DNA of 64,000 bases from a virus (Duplodnaviria > Caudoviricetes): the IMG/VR virus record IMGVR_UViG_3300024229_000651. One strand, 5' to 3'. How positions within the stretch are numbered: the first letter of the stretch is position 1; every line of letters starts with the position of its first letter. Position numbers and translations under genes: made by a program. The notes under the pieces were generated by a model. It saw only the letters and a program-made list of their open reading frames with translations, made no database searches and had not been told where the DNA came from. Below are positions 1 through 8,486 of the stretch, piece by piece.

Positions 1-35
1 CATAAAGGGACAAAGGTCTCACCCAATCAGTAGTC

Positions 36-61
36 AATAGGTCCGGACCTATTATTTTTTT
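36..61 (+). terminator. Hairpin plus T-tract, probable intrinsic terminator
   Basis: Perfect palindrome AATAGGTCCGGACCTATT at 36-53 followed by ATTTTTTT. Confidence 0.5.
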
Positions 62-70
62 AGATACAAC

Positions 71-1141
71 TTAATTCTGTAAATGCGACTGCATGTTTAG
101 TGCCTGCGTATATAGTTGCTCACTCGCCAGATTCTTAGCCTTGGCCTCGCACTGAATATCAAAATCCTTCCAAAATGTAATAGCCCAGTCGTTAGCTTCA
201 TAGTTAGGATAGTAATCGCTGTGTGCTCGAAGTTTTTGCTTCTTAGCACCTGTGTCTAATAGTGCGGATATGTCATGAAGGGTGGTATGTCGTGTTCCTT
301 CATCAATTCGTGTTGACTGGTTAAGCCATTCATCTCTGCTATAGCTGTAATGTAAAGTAGGCCTAACACCACGCCAACTGTCAATGACCATTTTAACACG
401 GTCGTCATCTGCTTGTATATATTCTTCATCTCTAATCCAATGGTGGTGTATATCTAGTACTAGTGCCACATGATCTTTAAGCATAAGACTTGCATCTAAG
501 CCGTGGCACATTTCGTCGTTTTCAATAGCAAGTGTATTTCTTGCTTCAGGTGAGAGCCTAGGCAACACATCAATAATACCCTGGTAACCCTTTCTACCTG
601 ATATATGAACATTAAGCTTCATGTCCATAAACTCTTTACCATAGCCCATCCATCGGGCCATATTAGCATGGTACTCAAATTCGTCAATACTACGTTCTAC
701 TACGTCATCGTTATCGCTAGCCAGAACGCAAAACTGGCCAGGATGGAAACTGATACGCACATCAAGATCACGAGCCAATTGGCCCACCTTGGCGAATCCT
801 TTCTCCAATATTCGGATATTATTAGGATCGTCCCACAAGTAGCGCCAATTTGGCTCAGTAGCCATAGGTATTTGATTACTTCCAAGTCTAACCATACGTC
901 TGTTATCAGGTAGTCCACCTACGTATTTAATCAAATTGTATGCACTTTGCATGTTATGCTGTACAAGATCGAGCATTCGTTGCTCTGCTACGGCTTTTTC
1001 TTGCCGATTGCACCAAGCCACAGTTGTAACTTTTTCTGTAAAATTCTGCTGTAACTCCTTGAGTACCTTAGGTTTTTGCGATTGGTCTGGGTCAAGATAC
1101 TTGCAGCAGAAACCGATACGTTGTATAGACTGGTCGAACAT
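71..1141 (-). CDS. uvsE: UV damage endonuclease (UvsE/UvdE family)
   Basis: Motifs RIGFCCKY, RISFHPGQF, NVHISG, IENDE, LDIHHH, RAHSDY, DIQCEAKAKNLA. Start moved to ATG 1141 (MFDQSIQR), downstream of a sigma70 promoter and an ACAGGT RBS. Confidence 0.92.
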   Translation of the reverse strand: MFDQSIQRIGFCCKYLDPDQSQKPKVLKELQQNFTEKVTTVAWCNRQEKAVAEQRMLDLVQHNMQSAYNLIKYVGGLPDNRRMVRLGSNQIPMATEPNWRYLWDDPNNIRILEKGFAKVGQLARDLDVRISFHPGQFCVLASDNDDVVERSIDEFEYHANMARWMGYGKEFMDMKLNVHISGRKGYQGIIDVLPRLSPEARNTLAIENDEMCHGLDASLMLKDHVALVLDIHHHWIRDEEYIQADDDRVKMVIDSWRGVRPTLHYSYSRDEWLNQSTRIDEGTRHTTLHDISALLDTGAKKQKLRAHSDYYPNYEANDWAITFWKDFDIQCEAKAKNLASEQLYTQALNMQSHLQN

Positions 1142-1175
1142 AATTATACCTGTAATATGCAATTGAACAAGCCTT

Positions 1176-1204
1176 ATTATAGCAAAGAACACATTCAATG
1201 TCAA
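1176..1204 (-). promoter_or_regulatory. Sigma70 consensus promoter for uvsE
   Basis: TTGACA-17 nt-TATAAT on the minus strand, a perfect consensus. Confidence 0.85.
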
Positions 1205-1210
1205 TAAATA
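1204..1210 (+). promoter_or_regulatory. T4-late-type promoter ATAAATA
   Basis: ATAAATA 5 nt before ATG 1216. Confidence 0.65.
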
Positions 1211-1215
1211 GTTGT

Positions 1216-2043
1216 ATGAAATATGACCTTATTATTGCTTGCGGTGACAGCTTCACCGAAGGGTGCCAAGATGCACTCAAAATACCTGTTGAACAAACAT
1301 GGCCCGGGTTGCTTGCGGAAAGTTTAGGCATTCCTTTTGTAAACTTAGCTATAGGGGGGTCATGTAATTTAGAGATTGCACTGCAACCACTGAAATCCGC
1401 CACAGCGGCAGAGCTCGAAATTATACATAAAGCCAAATGCCCTTTAATATTATTTAACTTTACTGTAATGGAAAGGATGCCATACGCTAGTCTTAGAGCG
1501 GGCTTCACTGAGTCGTGCTTCTCTATTTTACCAGAACACACAGAGGGACTTCGGATATCATATATAGATAAGACCGTTAAAGAAATGCTAATCGACAATT
1601 TTGTAAACCTTGATACGGAATGCGCATGGGATGCATATTCTATAAACCAGTCTGATGGTGATCGACCGGACAGAAATATTGACTGGTTTGTTTTTTCAAC
1701 AATGCAGGCAATTCGGACATGTATGAATTGGGAAAAACTAATCCCCAATTCAACTGTGGCATGGGGATTCATTCATATTAATACCAGCTTGGTTGGTAAC
1801 GGATTAGATCAATATTTTAATATGTTCAGTGACCACCCACACGAGCAGAAACTTAACTACCCATACTTAGAGAGGTGTTACAACAAATGCTTAAATATGA
1901 AGGAAGTTCAATCTATACTATATGACGAACATCTTCAATTCAGACAAGAATGTATAATAGCGCCACATGACGTCCACCCAAATCCACTGGGAATAGGCAT
2001 CATCGCTAAGTGGTTTGAGGATTACATTAGTGAAAACCTTTGA
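1216..2043 (+). CDS. SGNH/GDSL-like hydrolase, tandem copy 1
   Basis: ACGDSFTEG, NLAIGGSCN, HDVHPN. Start taken at ATG 1216 (MKYDLII). Confidence 0.7.
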   Translation: MKYDLIIACGDSFTEGCQDALKIPVEQTWPGLLAESLGIPFVNLAIGGSCNLEIALQPLKSATAAELEIIHKAKCPLILFNFTVMERMPYASLRAGFTESCFSILPEHTEGLRISYIDKTVKEMLIDNFVNLDTECAWDAYSINQSDGDRPDRNIDWFVFSTMQAIRTCMNWEKLIPNSTVAWGFIHINTSLVGNGLDQYFNMFSDHPHEQKLNYPYLERCYNKCLNMKEVQSILYDEHLQFRQECIIAPHDVHPNPLGIGIIAKWFEDYISENL

Positions 2044-2755
2044 TAGTATCATTGCATGCGGTGACAGTTATACCGAAGGCCATCGAGATGTTCTCGGAAT
2101 CGGTGTCGATCAAACTTGGCCTGGTAAGGTAGCAAAACATTTTGATGTACCGTATGAGAACTTAGCTGTAGGTGGAGCATGTAATTTAGAGATTGCACTG
2201 CAACCAATGTTAAGTCAACAAATGCAATATGCGAATCCTTTATACATATTCAATTTTACAATTGACGAACGATTGCTCATGCTGAACTCAGAGCCTGAAA
2301 AGGTTTTTCGAACATTATTTTCTCTACTAGAAGAGGACACACAGGACATACCTTTTTCTAATGAATATCGAAGAATCATAAATTATTTCTTGACCAAGCA
2401 TAACAGTGATGGACTTGACGGTTTCCAAACTCATACATTAAGATCTATACAACTTGCGCACAACGTTATGACTGTCAATCCAAATGCATCAGTGTTGTGG
2501 GGATTCATACACAGCGATCGCACGGGGGACGAAGACACTATTTTTGATCGTGGTGGTTTTGATTTTAATAATTCCACCACCGTTAATTTGCCTAATATAG
2601 AAACTTGCTATAATAAATATGTGGGTCACAAGCCTTTACAACATTTTATCGATGACAATTCGATGATAATAAGCAATCAAGACCCCCATCCTAACTTTAA
2701 AGGAATAAAAGTACTTGCCGATCATATGACAAGTATTATACAGAATGCAATTTGA
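2015..2755 (+). CDS. SGNH/GDSL-like hydrolase, tandem copy 2
   Basis: ACGDSYTEG, NLAVGGACN, QDPHPN. Confidence 0.7.
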   Translation: MRITLVKTFDSIIACGDSYTEGHRDVLGIGVDQTWPGKVAKHFDVPYENLAVGGACNLEIALQPMLSQQMQYANPLYIFNFTIDERLLMLNSEPEKVFRTLFSLLEEDTQDIPFSNEYRRIINYFLTKHNSDGLDGFQTHTLRSIQLAHNVMTVNPNASVLWGFIHSDRTGDEDTIFDRGGFDFNNSTTVNLPNIETCYNKYVGHKPLQHFIDDNSMIISNQDPHPNFKGIKVLADHMTSIIQNAI

Positions 2756-3566
2756 TGCTATAATAGCCTGCGGGTGCGACTATACCGAAGGGTGGCGAGA
2801 AATATCAGGCTTTTCCATAGAAGAAACATGGCCCGCACTAGTAGCAAAACATTTTGATGTACCTTATGAAAACTTAGGGCACGGATTTGCTTCTAACTAT
2901 CAAATTGCCACTCAGCCTTTTTACCACCAGAAAAATAGCTACAAACAACCTTTGTATATTTTCAACTTTACAATAGATCACCGATATCCCATTTTCGATC
3001 CGGAGCAATTAACAATCGATAGTATATCATCTATTCATGCTGATTGGATACATATGCACGAATGGGGTGTTGCTAATAAAATATCTATGCAGTACATGTT
3101 AGACAAAACTGTAGCAAACTATCCTGGTGATACAGAATGGCATAGATACCACGAACTTCACTCCAGTAAATCTTCATTAGAAGATAAAGTTAAAATGAAA
3201 AAGATGGAAACTGATGCTGTTTCCAAAAATGATTTTATAGATGGTTATCAGCACCTTACAAAAGAAGCAATACTTCTAGCACATCGAGTTACTGTTCAGA
3301 ACCCTAACGCTAAAATATTGTGGGGCTTTATATACGGGGACTATGAAATAGGTATGCCTAGTAATGTGCATATTAGGAATAATAAAACCGTGCTGTTTCC
3401 AAAGATCGAAAACTGCTACAACACACTATTTCAGGATAAATACTTACATGAGTACATTGCGTCTAACGGTTTTGTACTCGGCACAGAAGACATACACCCA
3501 AACAAAAAAGGCATTAACTTATTAAAAAATATGTTTGTTGACGCCATAAATACCAAATTTAAATAA
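2745..3566 (+). CDS. SGNH-like protein, tandem copy 3 (nucleophile motif altered)
   Basis: ACGCDYTEG in place of GDS, NLGHGFASN, EDIHPN. Confidence 0.6.
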   Translation: MQFDAIIACGCDYTEGWREISGFSIEETWPALVAKHFDVPYENLGHGFASNYQIATQPFYHQKNSYKQPLYIFNFTIDHRYPIFDPEQLTIDSISSIHADWIHMHEWGVANKISMQYMLDKTVANYPGDTEWHRYHELHSSKSSLEDKVKMKKMETDAVSKNDFIDGYQHLTKEAILLAHRVTVQNPNAKILWGFIYGDYEIGMPSNVHIRNNKTVLFPKIENCYNTLFQDKYLHEYIASNGFVLGTEDIHPNKKGINLLKNMFVDAINTKFK

Positions 3567-3569
3567 ATA
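3563..3569 (+). promoter_or_regulatory. Late-type promoter ATAAATA
   Basis: Motif upstream of GGAG RBS and ATG 3602. Confidence 0.5.
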
Positions 3570-3601
3570 AGCAATATAATCGATTATACGGAGTAACTAA
3601 A

Positions 3602-4189
3602 ATGGCAGACATTTTTAACTTTGCACAAAAAGGTTTAGCTAACCTAGTGCAATTCGGCAAAAGAGGTCTCAAACTTGTCAGTAATACTAGCGGAGAATAC
3701 TTCTCGTTTACAGCAAACGATGGTACAACACTAGTAGAAGTACGTGGTGCTAACGCAACTGTTGCAGAAGCGTTCATCACAAAAGGACAATTTGATGCTT
3801 CCACCTCAGCTATCACACAGTACGTTAGTACAGAAGTAGCATTTGATAATGGTACTACAACATTATTTGAGATCCCTAGCAATTCTATGGTTTACAGTGT
3901 GTCTGTAGACGTAGGTAGCCCATGGGTAAGTGCTGATGCATCTACTGCAATTAGAGTAGGCGACGATAGTGACGATGACAGGTTATTTACTGATGACGAA
4001 GCTGACATGACTCAGACTTTCCAATTCCATAGTAATTACCAGCATATTTACGATTCACCTGCAAATATAACTTGTACAGTAGCAGGCGGTAGTGCATCGT
4101 CAGGTATTGCCACGGTAACATGCGTAGTTGTAACAGAGAACTTAACTGTTAAAGATTACGGTAGTGTCGCGGATGCAGCTGGTCTATAA
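3602..4189 (+). CDS. Probable virion structural or decoration protein
   Basis: Beta-rich, Thr/Ser/Ala-rich, C-terminal DYGSV; late promoter, RBS and terminator flank it. Confidence 0.45.
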   Translation: MADIFNFAQKGLANLVQFGKRGLKLVSNTSGEYFSFTANDGTTLVEVRGANATVAEAFITKGQFDASTSAITQYVSTEVAFDNGTTTLFEIPSNSMVYSVSVDVGSPWVSADASTAIRVGDDSDDDRLFTDDEADMTQTFQFHSNYQHIYDSPANITCTVAGGSASSGIATVTCVVVTENLTVKDYGSVADAAGL

Positions 4190-4213
4190 TTAAAAAATAG
4201 ATTGACACTAAAG

Positions 4214-4241
4214 AAGCCTGCTTCACAGCAGGCTTTTTTTT
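4214..4241 (+). terminator. Rho-independent terminator
   Basis: AAGCCTGCT-TCAC-AGCAGGCTT followed by a T run. Confidence 0.85.
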
Positions 4242-4259
4242 GCTTTTAAAAAACATATG

Positions 4260-4266
4260 ATAAATA
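4260..4266 (+). promoter_or_regulatory. Late-type promoter ATAAATA
   Basis: Just after the terminator, upstream of AAGGA RBS and the lysozyme ATG. Confidence 0.65.
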
Positions 4267-4295
4267 CAACTATATTAACAGCGTAAGGAACAAGT

Positions 4296-4739
4296 ATGGA
4301 CCGCAAAGCAATATTTGAACAACTAAAAATCGACGAAGGAGTTGTTTATGAAATTTATAAAGACCATCTGGGCTACCCAACTTTCGGAGTTGGCCACCTG
4401 GTCACAGAAAACGATCCAGAGCACGGAGCAGAAGTCGGAACATCCGTATCTGAGTCAAGAGTGGCAGAATGCTTTGAACGTGACCTTGACACCTCAATTA
4501 GTGAATGTGTTGCGTTATACGGAGAACAGTTTAATGAATGGCCAGGAGAAGTACAAGAAATCCTAGTTAACATGATGTTCAACATGGGCAGAACACGTTT
4601 AGGCAAGTTTAAAAACTTCCGCAAGGCACTAGAAGCTCAAGACTGGAAGAAAGCAGGAATTGAAGGCAGAGATAGCCGTTGGCACAAACAGGTAACTAAC
4701 CGTGCTGAAAGACTAATGGTAAGATTAGAGGAAGTATAA
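4296..4739 (+). CDS. T4-type lysozyme/endolysin (GH24)
   Basis: QLKIDEG...YKDHLGYPTFGVGHL catalytic E-x8-D-x5-T pattern; NMMFNMG; RWHKQVTNRA. Confidence 0.9.
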   Translation: MDRKAIFEQLKIDEGVVYEIYKDHLGYPTFGVGHLVTENDPEHGAEVGTSVSESRVAECFERDLDTSISECVALYGEQFNEWPGEVQEILVNMMFNMGRTRLGKFKNFRKALEAQDWKKAGIEGRDSRWHKQVTNRAERLMVRLEEV

Positions 4740-5407
4740 TGACTGTGTATACCTTCGGGTGTAGCTTTACTTACGGATGTGAAGGTAGCGACTACAATGC
4801 AACTAGTTGGGTTGAGAAACTTGCACAGAGATACCCAGATATAGAATTTGAAGATTTTGCTTATCCGGGTACATGTATAGAGTACAGTTTATATCATTAT
4901 GAAAAAGTTGCTAAAAGATTGCAGCCAGAAGATATAACTGTATTCCAGTTTACAATTCCATTTAGATACACAACATGGACTAACAGTGCAGTATTTGATG
5001 ACCCGCAGAACAGGCATAAAAAATCGTCGAACTATACAAAATTTGTACCAGATTTTAATATCAATTTAGAAAGATATATAGGTAATTTACGAAATTGGCA
5101 GTATCACGATAATCAGGAATTGCTAGATAAGGAATTTCATACAAAGTATTATACAAAATTTAACGAGGGTAAAGAGATGGCGGCATACAATGCTATCGCA
5201 AACTATCTTAGGAGTAAAACAACATTTACGTTTTTTCACACTGAGCCGCCAGCTGGCGTGGATGATAAAGACAGTGTTGTAATACAAAACATTTTAGGTA
5301 AACAGTTTAAAAAATATACGTGGGACTGGGGACGACATTTTGGTGACGAAGGCTGTAATTTTGTAGCCGACATTGTTGAAGAAAACATAGGATTAAAAAA
5401 CAAATGA
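4739..5407 (+). CDS. SGNH-like protein
   Basis: TFGCSFTYG, FAYPGTC, RHFGDEG; TAATG-coupled to the lysozyme gene. Confidence 0.55.
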   Translation: MTVYTFGCSFTYGCEGSDYNATSWVEKLAQRYPDIEFEDFAYPGTCIEYSLYHYEKVAKRLQPEDITVFQFTIPFRYTTWTNSAVFDDPQNRHKKSSNYTKFVPDFNINLERYIGNLRNWQYHDNQELLDKEFHTKYYTKFNEGKEMAAYNAIANYLRSKTTFTFFHTEPPAGVDDKDSVVIQNILGKQFKKYTWDWGRHFGDEGCNFVADIVEENIGLKNK

Positions 5408-6177
5408 AATTAAATGATTTAGGCAAAAAGTATCTAGAGTTAGAGAATGGTACAGGAAATTTTAATATAAAAGTTGGCGGTGAAACTATCAATACTGTTG
5501 CTGGGAGTGACCGTGCAAATAAATTTGTTGAGTCCTTGAAAAGAAAAGGCATCACGGCAATAGCAGAAGCGGACGAGCCCACAACTGATAAAAGTGCTAG
5601 AGCTAGATTAGATCTTAATCTACGTGATCGAGGACACAGCGTTGAAAAGCCTAAAAAAGGCAAAGGATCGTATGCACGTTCAGACAAGCATAAGAAGCCA
5701 GTGTCTGAAGGGCCACTAGTGGTTAGTAGATCATCCGACTTAATGGGGATGCTTGATGTATTACTAAAAGATTTCAAAAGCAAAAGTCCAAGCGATGAAG
5801 AAATGATCGCTTTAGTAAAGTCGCTTGGTTATAACATGACCAAAGATGGTGAGCGCACTACGTTAGTTAAAGAAGAAGATTGCGATATCGACGAGGGTAA
5901 CGGTAACATACGCAAAGGCTTAGCCGCAGTAGCGTTGATTGCTGGGTTGTGGAGTGTTAATGACCATGTAGCACAGAAGGCATATGATGCCAGTCCACAA
6001 CTACAAAAATTAACAGCATATCTAGAAGTAGCAAAAGACCATAACGATCAGCGTATGATTGATCAGTTAGAGCAACGTATTGGAAACCACAAGACCAGAA
6101 TCGATATTGGTAAGGGCGAAGTGATGGGTAACGATGGTCGCCCAGTGGACGTTAAATACGACAAGGAAGCTAATTAG
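5404..6177 (+). CDS. Modular protein with an internal ArfA-like motif; probable head-associated polyprotein
   Basis: RGHSVEKPKKGKGSYARSDKHKK at aa76-98; xxE sites IAE, VSE, VKEE, IDE; hydrophobic KGLAAVALIAGLW. Confidence 0.55.
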   Translation: MKLNDLGKKYLELENGTGNFNIKVGGETINTVAGSDRANKFVESLKRKGITAIAEADEPTTDKSARARLDLNLRDRGHSVEKPKKGKGSYARSDKHKKPVSEGPLVVSRSSDLMGMLDVLLKDFKSKSPSDEEMIALVKSLGYNMTKDGERTTLVKEEDCDIDEGNGNIRKGLAAVALIAGLWSVNDHVAQKAYDASPQLQKLTAYLEVAKDHNDQRMIDQLEQRIGNHKTRIDIGKGEVMGNDGRPVDVKYDKEAN

Positions 6178-6720
6178 TTATTGTTTCGATATAAGCTCTT
6201 TTGCAGCTTCATCACTCATAGGTTGTCTTCCCGGATTATTAGGAAAAACGCAACAAGGTTGTACATTGTAAAACTCTCCACGTTCTTCGCACCACAGACG
6301 TTGCCAGTAATTGCCGTCAACATCTAATTCAATGTGCAATCTTTTATCTGTGTCCATAAAAACGTCAACCATGTCCTTGCCTTCCTGAAAAGATGCTGTT
6401 CGTGCAAGTTTATCAAGATATTCCCCTTCAGGTGATAATCCAAACAAAGGAACAGCACCATCCCAATCTGGATGATCTGCTTGCCAGGACTCTTCGGTAA
6501 TATCCCACTGGGGTGCATAAGTTCCTAATAAATCGGAAAAATTATCACTTAGCCAGAACTTTTCATTTTCCCAGTCATCAAACCCATCTAACTCGATCTC
6601 TTCGCCGTTATAGTTTTTTGTTAGACTTTCTCCGCCGTTGTCTGTAACATATTGCAAGTTTTCATTAATTGTACAAGTCAATCTGCCTATTGTTTGATCA
6701 TGTATCCATGTAAGTTTCAT
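6178..6720 (-). CDS. Hypothetical acidic protein
   Basis: 180-aa ORF with GCGGAG RBS, its own ATAAATA, and a stop convergent with 6177. Confidence 0.7.
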   Translation of the reverse strand: MKLTWIHDQTIGRLTCTINENLQYVTDNGGESLTKNYNGEEIELDGFDDWENEKFWLSDNFSDLLGTYAPQWDITEESWQADHPDWDGAVPLFGLSPEGEYLDKLARTASFQEGKDMVDVFMDTDKRLHIELDVDGNYWQRLWCEERGEFYNVQPCCVFPNNPGRQPMSDEAAKELISKQ

Positions 6721-6745
6721 TGAACATCTCCGCTGGTAATGTTAT

Positions 6746-6767
6746 TATTTATTATTTTCAATAAATA
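6746..6767. promoter_or_regulatory. Back-to-back late-type promoters
   Basis: ATAAATA on minus (6746-6752) and plus (6761-6767) between divergent genes. Confidence 0.6.
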
Positions 6768-6792
6768 GTACACACATATAAAGGAGAATCAA

Positions 6793-7080
6793 ATGGACTT
6801 ACTAGACCGACTACTATCGGATCAATTATGGATTTACACTGCTATACTAGGATCTTTAATAGGTGCAGCATTTTTAGCATGGTTCCGTAATACACATATG
6901 GGATTATACCTTATGGGTAAGTTCGATAGTTTTTTAGATTATCTTGCTATACGCTGGGGCTGGACATTACTACAAGATGACCCAAACGCATGGCGTAAAC
7001 GTTATCCTAAAGTTACTAAGAAAATTGACGACCTAGAACAGCGAATCATTAATCTAGAAAAGAATAAAAAATTAGACTAA
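6793..7080 (+). CDS. Small membrane protein (holin-like candidate)
   Basis: One TM segment LWIYTAILGSLIGAAFLAWF, basic coiled C-terminus, AAGGAG RBS. Confidence 0.5.
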   Translation: MDLLDRLLSDQLWIYTAILGSLIGAAFLAWFRNTHMGLYLMGKFDSFLDYLAIRWGWTLLQDDPNAWRKRYPKVTKKIDDLEQRIINLEKNKKLD

Positions 7081-7084
7081 GATG

Positions 7085-7091
7085 ATAAATA
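7085..7091 (+). promoter_or_regulatory. Late-type promoter ATAAATA
   Basis: 6 nt before ATG 7098, no Shine-Dalgarno. Confidence 0.7.
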
Positions 7092-7097
7092 TTATGT

Positions 7098-7613
7098 ATG
7101 AAAATATATGAAATTACAGAAGCAGAAGGCGATAACTGTGAAAAATGTCGTGGCCGAGGCAAGTTAGACTTACATAGTGAAGATCCACATAAGTGTAATG
7201 CGTGTGATGGCACTGGCAAACAAAAGTGGAAACCAGAACCAGTTAATTTCAGTAAGTTTAAGAAGGTTGGCGAGCAGGTTGAAGAAACCATTGACAACGA
7301 TGATGATTTTTTTGAAGCATACGGCTGGATAGACGGCGAATCACTCGAAGAAGCAGAATATCAAGGACGTAAAGTTAAACTAGGCAAGCCTATGCAAGGT
7401 GATGTTAAGAAGTTTAAAGTTTATGTTAAAGATCCTAAAACAGGTAATGTTAAAAAAGTTAACTTTGGACACGGCGGAAGCAGTGTTAAAGGTAAAGCAA
7501 TGAAGATTAGAAAATCTAATCCTAAGGCTCGTAAGAGTTTCAGAGCAAGACATAACTGTGATAATCCAGGGCCTCGCACTAAGGCACGTTATTGGTCATG
7601 TAGGAAGTGGTAG
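7098..7613 (+). CDS. Leader-tagged protein with DnaJ-type Zn finger and basic C-terminal module
   Basis: MKIYEITE leader; CEKCRGRG and CNACDGTG; after LEE a K/R-rich module KKFKVYVKDPKTG...KSFRARHNC...YWSCRKW. Confidence 0.7.
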   Translation: MKIYEITEAEGDNCEKCRGRGKLDLHSEDPHKCNACDGTGKQKWKPEPVNFSKFKKVGEQVEETIDNDDDFFEAYGWIDGESLEEAEYQGRKVKLGKPMQGDVKKFKVYVKDPKTGNVKKVNFGHGGSSVKGKAMKIRKSNPKARKSFRARHNCDNPGPRTKARYWSCRKW

Positions 7614-7622
7614 TAGTGTAGA

Positions 7623-7892
7623 ATGAATAAAACATACACAGACAAACATGTAACCCAATCTGTTTTTGAACGTATATTTGACCTTAAAGATGACAACGAA
7701 GAACTTACATGGCATACGCATGATTGTTCAAGATTTATCAAAGTACTAGAAGGCTCAGGCTGGAAAGTACAATTCGATAACGAACTCCCTAAAGATATTA
7801 TTCCCGGAACAACAATACACATTAATAAAAATTCTTATCATAGACTACTCAGAGGTCATTCCGAATTAGTAGTCAGGATTGTAGAACTTTAA
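7623..7892 (+). CDS. Small cupin-like protein
   Basis: WHTH...KVLEGSGWKVQFDNELP...IHINKNSYHRL. Confidence 0.55.
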   Translation: MNKTYTDKHVTQSVFERIFDLKDDNEELTWHTHDCSRFIKVLEGSGWKVQFDNELPKDIIPGTTIHINKNSYHRLLRGHSELVVRIVEL

Positions 7893-7903
7893 AGGACACA
7901 CAC

Positions 7904-8473
7904 ATGAAGAAGGTACTAGTTACTGGTGGCACTAACGGCATCGGCGGAGCGTTATGTGCTCTACTAAAAGATGACTACGATGTTATACCAATGGATGTGC
8001 ACACTGGGCACAGTTTTAGAAGCAAAGAAGTATTAGAAGAAGTATACAACACTGCATTAAACTGCGATGTATTTGTTAATAATTTATTCCATCATGATTC
8101 CCAACTATCTCTGTTTAAGAGAGTATATGATGCATGGAAAGAAGATCCCACTAAACATATTATAAACATAAACAGTAAACTAAGACTGAAAATTCCTCGC
8201 GGTCCGCACGACATTGTCGCTGTTAATGGATACACTGAATTAAAAAAAGTATTACACAACGAATGGCTGTCAGTATTACACGAACCTGGCAGGAAAGTAA
8301 AAATATCTAATGTTAGCCCAGGTTTTGTCGATACAAAATTTTCAAAACAAAATAAACTACCCGAAGGCATGAAGCTAGAAGCCAGTGAGGTTGCAGAATA
8401 TATTAAATGGACGCTAGAACAGCCGGACTTTATTGAGTTAGGCGAAGTATCCTTTTGGCGTATTAAAAGATAA
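7904..8473 (+). CDS. Short-chain dehydrogenase/reductase, copy 1
   Basis: TGGTNGIG, FVNN, YTELK (YxxxK), SPGFVDT. Confidence 0.85.
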   Translation: MKKVLVTGGTNGIGGALCALLKDDYDVIPMDVHTGHSFRSKEVLEEVYNTALNCDVFVNNLFHHDSQLSLFKRVYDAWKEDPTKHIININSKLRLKIPRGPHDIVAVNGYTELKKVLHNEWLSVLHEPGRKVKISNVSPGFVDTKFSKQNKLPEGMKLEASEVAEYIKWTLEQPDFIELGEVSFWRIKR

Positions 8474-8476
8474 ATA
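8470..8476 (+). promoter_or_regulatory. Late-type promoter ATAAATA
   Basis: 10 nt before ATG 8487. Confidence 0.5.
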
Positions 8477-8486
8477 CACATATTAT

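Noticed and set aside
1142-1204. N-terminal extension of UvsE from TTG 1204
   Set aside because: That TTG is the -35 box of the promoter; ATG 1141 has an RBS
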